DNA of 63,930 nt, filler included. It is 8 parts of 8 records of this genome, joined end to end, with 100 filler letters (N's around TTAATTAATTAA, not from the genome) between each part and the next. Parts side by side here need not be neighbours in the genome. Positions count along the whole stretch, not along the records: positions 7,412 to 12,976 come from SRR31156797_25652; positions 13,077 to 19,787 come from SRR31156797_25654; 6 more parts are not named here. One strand, written 5' to 3'. Below are positions 10,457 through 19,768 of the stretch, piece after piece; the stretch's first letter is position 1, and the number at the start of each line of letters is the position of its first letter. The notes under the pieces are model-generated. The model was not told the DNA's origin and did no database searches. It worked only from the letters and a program-made list of their open reading frames with translations. Made by a program: the position numbers and the translations under genes.

Positions 10457-11506
10457 TTATGAATCAAAATCAAGTAATACTTTTATGTTTTCGGCCGGAT
10501 TCTTCTCCAGAATTTCAAATCCTTTTTGAGTTTGAGATCCATTCAAAACCTGAGATATCAATGCCTCTGGTTTTAAACGTCCATGATTGAGATGTTCAAT
10601 AACCTCGGCAAACTCACCATGACTAACCCGGGAAGTAATAATTGTTCCTTCTTTCCAGATCAATTCTTTGTAAACAACAGGAGCAGGATCATCTCCAAGA
10701 CCAAGAACACACACTTTACCTCCACCCCGAATAGTTCGGATGCAACCAACAATTGGATTGATATCGTTTTCAATCTCAACATGATGCCCAACAGCTTCAA
10801 AGGCAATATCCACTCCATTGCCATTTGTTTCTTTTTTTATACGTTCCACAGGATCTTCCTTTAATGCATTAATTGGAACTACGTTATCGTAATACTTCGG
10901 ACTAATTGAAAGTCGTTTATCCAGAATATCAACCATAAATACTTTTTGGCTGGTTACCGTTTTTACGGCCTGAAGTATACAAAGACCAACTTTACCCGAA
11001 CCCCAAATTACGATGGAATCATTTTTCTGTACGCCAGCACGGTTTTTGGCATGGCAACCAATAGCAAGTACTTCAATTAGGGCAACGTGTTTGTCTTCGA
11101 TGTGTTGAGGTACTTTATACAACATTGAAGGAGGGAGCGAAACGTATTCCTGAAATCCTCCATCCGAATCAATACCAATGAGTTTTAAAGATGTGCAAGC
11201 CGGGTAATGCCCTCTTTTGCAGGCTGGGCATTTTCCACACCAGATTATTGGATCGGGAGCTACTTTTTCGCCAATCTCCCAGCCTTTTATGTTCTTACCT
11301 ATTTCTGCAACAACTCCACCAAATTCGTGCCCCATAATAAGTGGGAGTTGTGTTCTGGGGTGAAATTCTCCTTTATGAATGTGTTGGTCGCTGCCACAAA
11401 TACAACCATATTGTACTTTAATTAACACTTCATCTGGTTTGCATTCTGGTGTATCAACATCTTGCCATTCAATCTGGTTGTAAGCGGTTAGAACTGCGGC
11501 TTTCAT
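10457..11506 (-). CDS. Zn-dependent medium-chain (sugar/polyol) dehydrogenase
   Basis: CGSD, GHEFGG, CGKCPACKRG...C structural Zn site and GSGKVG Rossmann motif. Confidence 0.9.
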   Translation of the reverse strand: MKAAVLTAYNQIEWQDVDTPECKPDEVLIKVQYGCICGSDQHIHKGEFHPRTQLPLIMGHEFGGVVAEIGKNIKGWEIGEKVAPDPIIWCGKCPACKRGHYPACTSLKLIGIDSDGGFQEYVSLPPSMLYKVPQHIEDKHVALIEVLAIGCHAKNRAGVQKNDSIVIWGSGKVGLCILQAVKTVTSQKVFMVDILDKRLSISPKYYDNVVPINALKEDPVERIKKETNGNGVDIAFEAVGHHVEIENDINPIVGCIRTIRGGGKVCVLGLGDDPAPVVYKELIWKEGTIITSRVSHGEFAEVIEHLNHGRLKPEALISQVLNGSQTQKGFEILEKNPAENIKVLLDFDS

Positions 11507-11884
11507 TTAGGTTTATTTTAAGTTTTGTTTTAAAGGTAATAAATATTCCTAATGTTTTATGACTGACGGGATTGCATTAATCACAGACCGGATAATGTAA
11601 TTGCGATTGGAATTGAACTTGATTGTCTATTAACCGTACCCGGTTAATCAGTCTGACAGAAAAATTTATAAAAAATTATGAAACGAACATGTAAAAAAAT
11701 TATATCCAAGAGGATAATTAAAATAAGTGCGAGTTCCAAACTATACCTTTAAAAACAAACAATTTTAATAGTATGAAAACAGAAGTATGAATTCGGTAAA
11801 AAAGGGGTAATAGTTCTTTCTGTTTTTAACTGGATTTAAAGCAAAATCTTATGTTCGTTGATAAAATATACGGATAGTTTTTCA

Positions 11885-12976
11885 TCACCGGTATCGTCTG
11901 AAAAAATGATGAAGTTCGTCGGTAAGCTGGTTATAAATTGGCCGTGTAAATTCAATGAACAAATCTTGTTTTGGAGGAAGAGGTAAGGTTTTTTGTTGCG
12001 TTAATGCATATTGTTCATCATTCAGTGCCTCTTCATCGCCCGCAAAAATGGCATATTGATTTATCCAGGTAAAACTTCCCGGAATTAGCTCATCGCGAAT
12101 TAGTTTGTTTTGTTGAAAGTCGATGATCCGATAGTTTAATCTTCCATTTGAAATTACCTCATCGGTGTAAGTTTTCAGTTTTGCGCGATAGGTTTTATTC
12201 ACAAAAGTTGTATCGGTAACCGGTACTTTAATGCTTTTAACCAGGTTTTCTTCTTTTTCCCCTCTAATCAGGTTACCAACAGAGAAATCGTAAAATTCCA
12301 TTCTGACTATAAAATCGGGTTGTTCAAGCTGAAAATTTTGGGCTTGTTGCGGCGAATAAAAATTTACAAAACTTTGTTGAGGGAACTCTTCATTCAAATA
12401 TTCAAAAACCTGATCGTAGAAGAATTGGGAGCTAAGCTTGTAACTTCTTGTTCGAACAGTAACAGCTTCAACAACAACTTTTAAAGTTGCCAGCTCTTTA
12501 CTGATCATCATTTTCTCCCGAACATCTTTATAACCGGGAACAAATCCGTTTGCTTTATCGAAATGGGAAAAAGCTGTTCGGGCAGCTTCCCGCGAGTCTT
12601 CTTCCAGCAATCTTAATCCAGCCTGGTAGCGATCATCAGCAGCTCGTTCATAAGCCATGTTTAATTCCGATCCATACGATTTTGGATCAGTAATTATTTC
12701 ACGGGCAGCAGGAGTGCTTCTTATCAATTCGCTCATCCGGTTTACCTGGTTCATAATATTAATTGTCTGTTCCCATTTAAAATTTTGGTTAGAACTTAGT
12801 ACGAAATCGATTTCTTCCTGCGACCATTCAATAGCCACCGGATAACCATCTTTTAAAACTTTCTGGGCATTTGTATTGACTGGATTTGATCTAAGACGTT
12901 CAACAGCTTTACTAATAGCCTGGTAATAATTGCCTTTTTGAAGTGCTTTTTTACCCGACGAGCACGAAAATAGAAA
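11885..12976 (-). CDS. Bacteroidota lipoprotein, TPR-like, 5'-truncated
   Basis: The frame stays open to the contig edge: FLFSCSSGKKALQKGNYYQA (lipobox-like). Confidence 0.75.
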   Translation of the reverse strand, partial: FLFSCSSGKKALQKGNYYQAISKAVERLRSNPVNTNAQKVLKDGYPVAIEWSQEEIDFVLSSNQNFKWEQTINIMNQVNRMSELIRSTPAAREIITDPKSYGSELNMAYERAADDRYQAGLRLLEEDSREAARTAFSHFDKANGFVPGYKDVREKMMISKELATLKVVVEAVTVRTRSYKLSSQFFYDQVFEYLNEEFPQQSFVNFYSPQQAQNFQLEQPDFIVRMEFYDFSVGNLIRGEKEENLVKSIKVPVTDTTFVNKTYRAKLKTYTDEVISNGRLNYRIIDFQQNKLIRDELIPGSFTWINQYAIFAGDEEALNDEQYALTQQKTLPLPPKQDLFIEFTRPIYNQLTDELHHFFRRYR

Positions 12977-13076
12977 NNNNNNNNNNNNNNNNNNNNNNNN
13001 NNNNNNNNNNNNNNNNNNNNTTAATTAATTAANNNNNNNNNNNNNNNNNNNNNNNNNNNNNNNNNNNNNNNNNNNN

Positions 13077-13966
13077 CCTATGTCCAGAACAAGTGCATCC
13101 TTGGCCAAACACGATTCAATCCAACCAAGGTTTAACGGATTGGTAAAAGTCTTCGTCTTTGCGGCCTTGTTCCAATACTCGTATTGCGCGCCGAGATTTT
13201 TCGGGGCGTCCGCATGTAACGGGCGCTCGCATACGTAAGCATAACAATTCGGGAAATCGGTATATTTTTGAATGATGATGAACCCGGCTTTTTCGAGCAG
13301 GCTATCCATAACCCAATCAAACGTGCTGAATTCGTCTCGTACATGGATTTCCGTCTCATCCGCCAGTTCGTCTCCGGCCGCATCTCTCATTCCTTCAATC
13401 CATGTGTTGAGTTCATTAATGTAATTTTCCGCGGGAAAAGAAAATACCACGTCAAACAGGTAAAACTTTCCACCCGGTTTTAGCATGTCGTATATTCGGT
13501 TCAGTGCGATCTGTTTCCAAAAATCCGGCAGATGATGAAGCACTGCCTTGGAAGTAATAGCATCCACGGGTTCGCCGGAATGTTCATAGGTCAATAGCCC
13601 GGCATTATGGAAATTAATATTTTTCAGCTCTCTTTGGTCCGCTTTTTTCTTGCATTGGTCGAGCATCGCCTTTGAGATGTCAACGGCATGGACGACTTTA
13701 CAACATTCGGCCGCCTGTATAACAAAGGCGCCGGTTCCGCAACCCAAATCAATAATTTCAACGTCTTCAGCCAGACCAAGCCGCTCGATTACAATTTGGG
13801 CCTCTTTTTCATAATCACGAAATTCCTGGTGCCGGGCGTCGTATTCGTCTGCTGTTTCAACGTTTGAATAGTCCACGCCGACAGATTTAAACTCATTGAA
13901 AAACCAGTTCGGCTTATTATCATTTGCTTTAGTCATCATTTTGATACCCCGTTTTATCAATTCCAT
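13077..13966 (-). CDS. Class I SAM methyltransferase fused to the start of a probable second methyltransferase domain (3'-truncated)
   Basis: IIDLGCGTG and VLHHLPD motifs; ends ...YWNKAAKTKTFT...ALVLDI at the gap. Confidence 0.8.
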
Positions 13967-14328
13967 AAAACCAAGTCCCCTTCATCCTGGTTGAAACATA
14001 GTGTCATAGAATTCGGAGTTTATAAAGCCTAATTGAAAATGATTTTTTAATGGAATTGCCAATAAAGCTTTTGAATAAAAGAAATCCATTACCCCGCGAG
14101 CCATGATCAGCAACAGGCAATGGTTTATAGGCGGACGCTGATTTGAATGTAGCGACAACGTGGATTATCATTCAATATAGAGATGATACATGTAACTGAT
14201 TTAAATTTTCCGGCCGGAAATCCATAGTTGATGCAGCGTTTCATTCCCGTTTTCATTTTGTTTCCAGATAAAGAAGAAATTTCGCTTTGGGTGGAATAAG
14301 TTAAGTTTGCGGAGGGCGAACGGATTTA

Positions 14329-15537
14329 ATGAAACTAAGTAAACTGCTTTTCATAAGCTTCTTTATACTTCTGCTTATGCTGCAGCCTGCCTTGGCGGAA
14401 GACGAACCCAATGTATTGGTCGTAACCAACTCCTCGGGTTGGCTGCCGTTTTCATTTATAAACGAAGACGGCCGCCCAACCGGGCTGCTGATTGATCTTT
14501 GGCGTGAAATAGGCAAACGAACCGGGAAGAAGATAGAGTTTCGGCTGGTCGACTGGAATTTGTCGCTGCATATGGTTCGAACAAAACAAGTAGATGCTCA
14601 TGCCGGTTTGTTTCGGTCCAATAAACGCGAAGAATATATGGATTTCACCCGGCCTATGGAAATCCCCCTGGATACAAAGCTGTTTATCTCCAACAAGCTT
14701 AAAGCAAAGAGTTTTATTGATTTGGGAAAAGTCCCGGTCGGCGTCACCAAGGGCGCCTACGAAGAAGCCTTTGTTCGTGAAAATTACCCGTCAGTAATAA
14801 TGCGTACATTTCCCAGCAGCAAGTTGGTTGTTGAAGCTGCGCTCGCGGATGAGATTTTGGCTTTTGTCATTGATTATCCTTCAGGTATGTATCATTTACA
14901 TAAGCATGGGGCGCCGGAAAAATTCGGCTTTAGTGAAACTCTGTTTACAAAAAAAATCCATGCCGCGGTACCGAAAGGGCAAAAGGAACTGCTTGACTTG
15001 ATAAACCTCGGCATCAGCCGGATACCTGAGGACGAGTTTGAACGAATAACCCAAAAATGGGTTCAATCGGTGACCGTAACTCCCAAGTGGGTGACTCCGG
15101 CATTTACAGGAGTTATAGGCCTGCTCCTGACAAGCCTGTTATTTTTTTTCATCCATACCTTGAGGCGCAAGGCATTATACTTGGCTTCCCTGGAACAGAA
15201 AGTCGACGAGCGCACCGAAGAGCTTCTGTCGTCCAATAAACAACTCCACAAGGAAATCAAGGTTCGCAAGCAAGCGGAGGCGGAAAAGGCCAAATTAATA
15301 GCCGATCTGCAGGAAGCTCTTCAAAAAGTTAAAACTTTAAGCGGCTTGTTGCCCATATGTTCTTCCTGCAAGAAAATCAGGGACGACAAGGGATATTGGA
15401 ATAAAATAGAAGAGTTCATTCAGGAGCACACTCTGGCGGAATTCAGTCACGGCCTTTGTGGTGACTGCGCCGACAAATTATACGGCCGGGAAAAATGGTT
15501 CCAGGACTTGAAGAAAAAACGGGATGAAAGCGAATAA
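14329..15537 (+). CDS. Sensor protein: periplasmic amino-acid-binding (PBPb) domain, TM, coiled coil and Cys-rich C-terminal domain
   Basis: PFSF...GLLIDLW family-3 SBP; C-terminal LPICSSCKKIRDDKGYW...SHGLCGDC. Confidence 0.8.
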   Translation: MKLSKLLFISFFILLLMLQPALAEDEPNVLVVTNSSGWLPFSFINEDGRPTGLLIDLWREIGKRTGKKIEFRLVDWNLSLHMVRTKQVDAHAGLFRSNKREEYMDFTRPMEIPLDTKLFISNKLKAKSFIDLGKVPVGVTKGAYEEAFVRENYPSVIMRTFPSSKLVVEAALADEILAFVIDYPSGMYHLHKHGAPEKFGFSETLFTKKIHAAVPKGQKELLDLINLGISRIPEDEFERITQKWVQSVTVTPKWVTPAFTGVIGLLLTSLLFFFIHTLRRKALYLASLEQKVDERTEELLSSNKQLHKEIKVRKQAEAEKAKLIADLQEALQKVKTLSGLLPICSSCKKIRDDKGYWNKIEEFIQEHTLAEFSHGLCGDCADKLYGREKWFQDLKKKRDESE

Positions 15538-15662
15538 GAGTCTGGACGAAACCTAACCGCCTTTATTAACGGTGTGATTCATCGGCGCTCGAAAAATGTT
15601 ATCTTGGAAGTAAAGACGCCTATGAATCACACTAGACCGTCTCAGGTTCCGAAAACACATTG

Positions 15663-16523
15663 TCAATCCGCCCAAAAATTCCTGGCCAGCGATCTGCGTT
15701 TTTCCCATAAGGATCCTTTTTCGCTGAAACTGCCAATCCCCTGACCGGCGTCGGCGTCGGCCACCTGCCAGAATCCATTGACCGCGCCGCTCAAACCCCC
15801 GGACAGCATTTCAAAACCCTGTGCCGTGTAAAGATCTGTTTCGCAGCCGCGGTTAATGATGAATTTCAACTGCCGGCAAGCCTGTTGGTTCTTTACCCGT
15901 AGCACATCCAGCAGCGCTTCCGTTTCCTCGTCGAGTTTGTCAGCGGACACGACCCTGTTCCACAGACCCCAGTCAACCGCTTTCGCGGCCGGCATTAATG
16001 CCCCGATAATGTTAATTTCTTTTGTCCTGCGTTTGCCTATGTACCTGGCCATGCGCGTCGTGCCGCCCCAACCCGGCGTGATCCCGCTGTCTACTTCAGG
16101 CATACCCCAAATCGCCCTGTCAGTAGCTATTACAAAATCGCAGGCCATGGTTATTTCCAACCCCCCTCCGACGGCATACCCGTCCACCGCGCTTATGGTA
16201 ATCTTGTCAAGCTCTTCCAGTGAATTGGCCATATCCTGGTAAATGCGCACTCTTCGCATGACTCCGTTGGCCCCCTGGGTGCTGTTCCCGTGCTCGTCGT
16301 CCCCCCATCTTATCATTTCCTTAATATCGTCCCCGGCGCAAAATGTATCGCCGGCCCCCTTGATTACGACAAATTTGATATCTGTGGATTTCTTTATTGT
16401 TTGTACGGCTTCAACCAATCGGTCGGACAGTTCAATGCTCAGGGCGTTATTCACCTTGGGCCTGTTAAGGGTAATCCTGGCCGTGTCGCCTTCAAATTTC
16501 AAAAGCAGGGATTCTTCAGGCAT
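15663..16523 (-). CDS. Enoyl-CoA hydratase/isomerase (crotonase) family
   Basis: LNRPKVNNAL, FCAGDDI, GGGLE and PEVDSG motifs. Confidence 0.9.
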   Translation of the reverse strand: MPEESLLLKFEGDTARITLNRPKVNNALSIELSDRLVEAVQTIKKSTDIKFVVIKGAGDTFCAGDDIKEMIRWGDDEHGNSTQGANGVMRRVRIYQDMANSLEELDKITISAVDGYAVGGGLEITMACDFVIATDRAIWGMPEVDSGITPGWGGTTRMARYIGKRRTKEINIIGALMPAAKAVDWGLWNRVVSADKLDEETEALLDVLRVKNQQACRQLKFIINRGCETDLYTAQGFEMLSGGLSGAVNGFWQVADADAGQGIGSFSEKGSLWEKRRSLARNFWAD

Positions 16524-16547
16524 GATTTTCTCCTTTTCTCTGAAAAA

Positions 16548-16607
16548 TAACTTTCGTTTTGCAAGTTAAATCAAGAATAATAAATTAGGTTGCGAATTGC
16601 AAGCTAA
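16548..16607. promoter_or_regulatory. Two imperfect palindromic operators, probably for the adjacent HxlR regulator
   Basis: TAACTT-N9-AAGTTA (16548-16568) and TTAGGTTGC-N5-GCAAGCTAA (16585-16607) share the half-site TTGCAAG(T/C)TAAA. Confidence 0.55.
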
Positions 16608-16646
16608 ATTATTATTATCAATATCAATTGGAGGCTTGATGATAGC

Positions 16647-17096
16647 ATGAAAAATAAAACTGGACATCGTGAATGCTCAGTGGAAAGAACATTAAACGTT
16701 CTTGGAGACCGTTGGATTTTTTTAATTTTACGGGAGGCGTTTTTCAAAGTTCGCCACTTTGACCGGATCCAGGAAAATTTGGGGATAGCAACAAACATCT
16801 TGGCAAATCGGTTGAAAATCCTTGTAGAAAACGGCATTATGGAAAAAACGAAAGACAAGGACGATGCCAGGCGGATAAACTACAGGCTGACGGAAAAGGG
16901 GCTGGATATATATCCAATAGTTCTTGCGCTCATGCAGTGGGGCGACAAGTGGATGGCTGGAGATGCAGGCCCGCCGCTTGCTTTGAAACACATAAATTGC
17001 GGTCATGACCTGAAACCGGTAATGAGTTGCCGTTATTGCGGAGAAGCGGTTTCAGCCAGGGACGTTTGGTATGATGAGGATAAAAATCAATTATGA
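16647..17096 (+). CDS. HxlR-family winged-helix regulator
   Basis: CSVERTLNVLGDRW and YRLTEKG motifs; C-terminal CGH...CRYC. Confidence 0.9.
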   Translation: MKNKTGHRECSVERTLNVLGDRWIFLILREAFFKVRHFDRIQENLGIATNILANRLKILVENGIMEKTKDKDDARRINYRLTEKGLDIYPIVLALMQWGDKWMAGDAGPPLALKHINCGHDLKPVMSCRYCGEAVSARDVWYDEDKNQL

Positions 17097-17755
17097 TGGA
17101 TAATGCTCTTGAAATGGCCGACCACATCCTTGGGTTGGCGGGTGATATATGCGGCGCCGTGCTGGAAATAGGTTGCGGCGACGGGAGGATCACTGGTCTT
17201 ATTTATGATCGGTTTGATTTGCTTGTAGCCGTTGACCCTGTACGTGATGAAGTTGTCAAGGCTAAGGAGTCAAACTCAGGCGCCGAATTCACCATGGCTT
17301 CCGGCGTGAATCTACCCTTCAGGGATTCAATATTTGATTTGGTTATTTTCTCCCTGTCGCTTCACCACCAGGATAGTTCGGGCGCTTTGAATGAAGCCGG
17401 TCGGGTATTGAAGGAAAAAGGGCGGATTCTGGTTGTGGAACCGGCCGTTGACAGCGAGTTCGAAAGGCTTTGTTTTCTGTTTCATAATGAAAAGGAAGAC
17501 CTGATTAACGCCAGGGCATGCATTTTCAATTCTGATTTTGAAGCGGAAAAGGATGAAGTCGGCGAGACGCACTGGTCATTCGAAAACAAGCATTCTTTGC
17601 ACGAATGGCTGGCGGCCTTTTATGGATTAAAAAATGATGCTGTTCTATCTGAACAGGTTGCCGGCTTCCTGGGGGCGCGGACTAAAGAAAGCCCATTGAT
17701 TATATCTGATGATTTGTGTTTGACTTTGCTGCGCAAAACCGCCGGGAATGATTAA
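17093..17755 (+). CDS. Class I SAM-dependent methyltransferase
   Basis: VLEIGCGDG, LPFRDSIFD and SLHH motifs. Confidence 0.85.
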   Translation: MMDNALEMADHILGLAGDICGAVLEIGCGDGRITGLIYDRFDLLVAVDPVRDEVVKAKESNSGAEFTMASGVNLPFRDSIFDLVIFSLSLHHQDSSGALNEAGRVLKEKGRILVVEPAVDSEFERLCFLFHNEKEDLINARACIFNSDFEAEKDEVGETHWSFENKHSLHEWLAAFYGLKNDAVLSEQVAGFLGARTKESPLIISDDLCLTLLRKTAGND

Positions 17756-17836
17756 CAACTTTAGCCGGCCGGCGCCGTAGGATTAATTTGACAGGTGAAA
17801 TTAATTACTCGCCGATATCATGGAGAACGGCTCAAA

Positions 17837-18583
17837 ATGAAAAAGCTGATTGTTAAAATACTGGGCAATGGCGGTTGTCTCAACAAGGGATTGCCCTATA
17901 ACTCCTTTCTGATAAACGGCCGCATCCTGGTGGAAACTCCTCCGGATATCATGCTTTCTCTGCAAAACCTGGGCGTGGATTTTGCGGGTATCGATACGAT
18001 CTTTATTTCTCATTTTCATGGAGATCATACCTTCGGCCTGCCTTTTTTTGTCATAAATAAGTGGCTTATAAGTCAGTCTGAAGGAAATGATTCTTCATTG
18101 TCAATCGTCGGTCCCGCCAATATCGGACATTACGCTAAGAAGCTGACCGAGGCCGCATTTTCAGTTGATCATCCCTGTTATGACTGGCTGGAAAGAAACA
18201 GTCGGTTTATTGAAATCGGCAATGATTTTAAAACCGTAATAGATGATCTTGATTTGTCCTGCTTTCCCGTAAAGCATATCGAACATACTTACGGCTTCTT
18301 GTTAAAGGCCGGAGGTAAAAATCTGTTTTCCTATATTGCCGACACATGCTGGTGCGATCAGGTTGACCGGATTTTGGATGAAAAGCCGGAAGTCGTTTTG
18401 ATGGACATGAATGGAGGAAATCCGGATATTCACATTTCCCTTGCCGAAGTTATGGAAAAAGGACTGCCGAGAACCGGGGATAATACAGTGTACTACGGCG
18501 TTCACCTGGCCGAGGAATTCGATTCGCCTTCAAATATCATAAAATGCGCCAGGCCCGGGAAGGAAATAGTTATTTCATATTAA
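17837..18583 (+). CDS. MBL-fold metallo-hydrolase (RNase Z-like)
   Basis: SHFHGDH motif, VKH and YIADT. Confidence 0.85.
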   Translation: MKKLIVKILGNGGCLNKGLPYNSFLINGRILVETPPDIMLSLQNLGVDFAGIDTIFISHFHGDHTFGLPFFVINKWLISQSEGNDSSLSIVGPANIGHYAKKLTEAAFSVDHPCYDWLERNSRFIEIGNDFKTVIDDLDLSCFPVKHIEHTYGFLLKAGGKNLFSYIADTCWCDQVDRILDEKPEVVLMDMNGGNPDIHISLAEVMEKGLPRTGDNTVYYGVHLAEEFDSPSNIIKCARPGKEIVISY

Positions 18584-18849
18584 TTACTTGGCAGCCATAG
18601 GCGTCCTTAAAAGGACGCCCGCCTTCCGGGCGCCGGCGTTTTTATCGCCTGCTCTCTCTTCCTTAACCAAAGATTTACAATTTATTCATCATAAAAAATC
18701 ATAGCCTTACACAGCTAACCCATACTTGTTAAAAATGACGCAGGCGTGTCGACTTAATCATGGTGAACGCTGATGTTTTTCTTGACCTGTCTAGAGCTTC
18801 ATAGTTTAGGCTGGGAAAATAGAAAACCAGGATTTTAGGAGGCGGACCA

Positions 18850-19611
18850 ATGAAAAACAAACTGATGATCGGTCTGTGGCGTTACATAATAAACATACCC
18901 CCCTTTCTATGGGAAAAGCAGATAGCCAAGGCCCAACGAAAATTTCGGAAGGAAATCGGGTTTATGACCCGGGAACACCGACTTGTTCACCATTTCGTTG
19001 TTCGGGAACTCCTGTTAGCCGGCGCACCCTTGTCTCCCGATTTCGCGGCTGACAAGTTAAAAATGCCCCTGAATGATGTAAAAAACATACTGGACGACCT
19101 GGAAAAGAACATGACTTATTTATACAGGAACGGCCGGGGAGAAGTTGTCTGGGCCTATCCGGTCACGGTTGAAAAGACGCCCCACCGGGCGATTTTCAGT
19201 TCCGGTGAAGTGCTATACGCTGCCTGAGCAGCTGATGCATTTGCCACGCCCTTCGTGCAAGGGCGCCTGAGAAAAGAAAAACTATCGGTAAAAATATCAA
19301 CCGAATGCGTTCATTGCCGTGAATCCATGGAAATTGAAATTGACAGCGACCTCAATTATAAAGCCGGCCCCGCCGACTGCAATCCGATTATTTTTGTTCC
19401 TCACGTGGATTTATTCAAGCTGGACGACGACAGTATTATCGATTCTTTCTGAAAGGAATGCGTCTTCTTCCGGTCGGAAGAACATGCCAGGGAATACCGG
19501 GCCAAAGATCATCGCCTTAAAGGCGCCTATTTAAGCGCCGACCAGATGGTTATGGGAACCAGGCTGATTCAAAGCGCCATATTTGGTTTTGACAGGCTGA
19601 ATGAATCGTAA
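18850..19611 (+). CDS. MerB (organomercurial lyase)-like selenoprotein with two Sec residues (U126, U201), 253 aa
   Basis: ORFs 18850-19227 and 19255-19452 share one frame and are interrupted only by TGA at 19225 and 19450; the frame continues to TAA at 19609-19611. LYAAUAAD matches MerB LYAWCALD, and DSFUKECVFFRS matches MerB QSFCCHVHFFAS. AGGAGG RBS at 18837. Confidence 0.88.
19247..19265 (+). promoter_or_regulatory. Putative SECIS element 1
   Basis: Stem CGCCCTT/AAGGGCG with loop CGTGC; 26 nt lie between the UGA at 19225-19227 and the loop. Confidence 0.7.
19465..19482 (+). promoter_or_regulatory. Putative SECIS element 2
   Basis: Stem TTCTTCC/GGAAGAA with loop GGTC; 19 nt lie between the UGA at 19450-19452 and the loop. 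Confidence 0.78.
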
Positions 19612-19651
19612 AACTGTCTGAATTGATTATTTATATTTGCTTTTTTCATTG

Positions 19652-19768
19652 TAGGGGCGCTCCTCGGCGGGCGCCCACTTGATTCTGTTCAACATGCCTT
19701 TTTTCAATCGATTATGAACGAAAACCCCTAAATGCAGGTTCTCGTTCCTGGGCTCCCGCCCGGGAACG
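19652..19768. repeat. REP-like palindromes
   Basis: GTAG-GGGCGC-N10-GCGCCC (19652-19677) and CGTTCCTGGGC-TCCC-GCCCGGGAACG (19743-19768), next to the contig end. Confidence 0.5.

Noticed and set aside
18850-19452. Reading the MerB-like region as a pseudogene or two small genes, and the alternative ORF 19319-19534
   Set aside because: Both stops are TGA at catalytic Cys positions with downstream hairpins and no frameshift. The 19319 ORF is an out-of-frame overlap.
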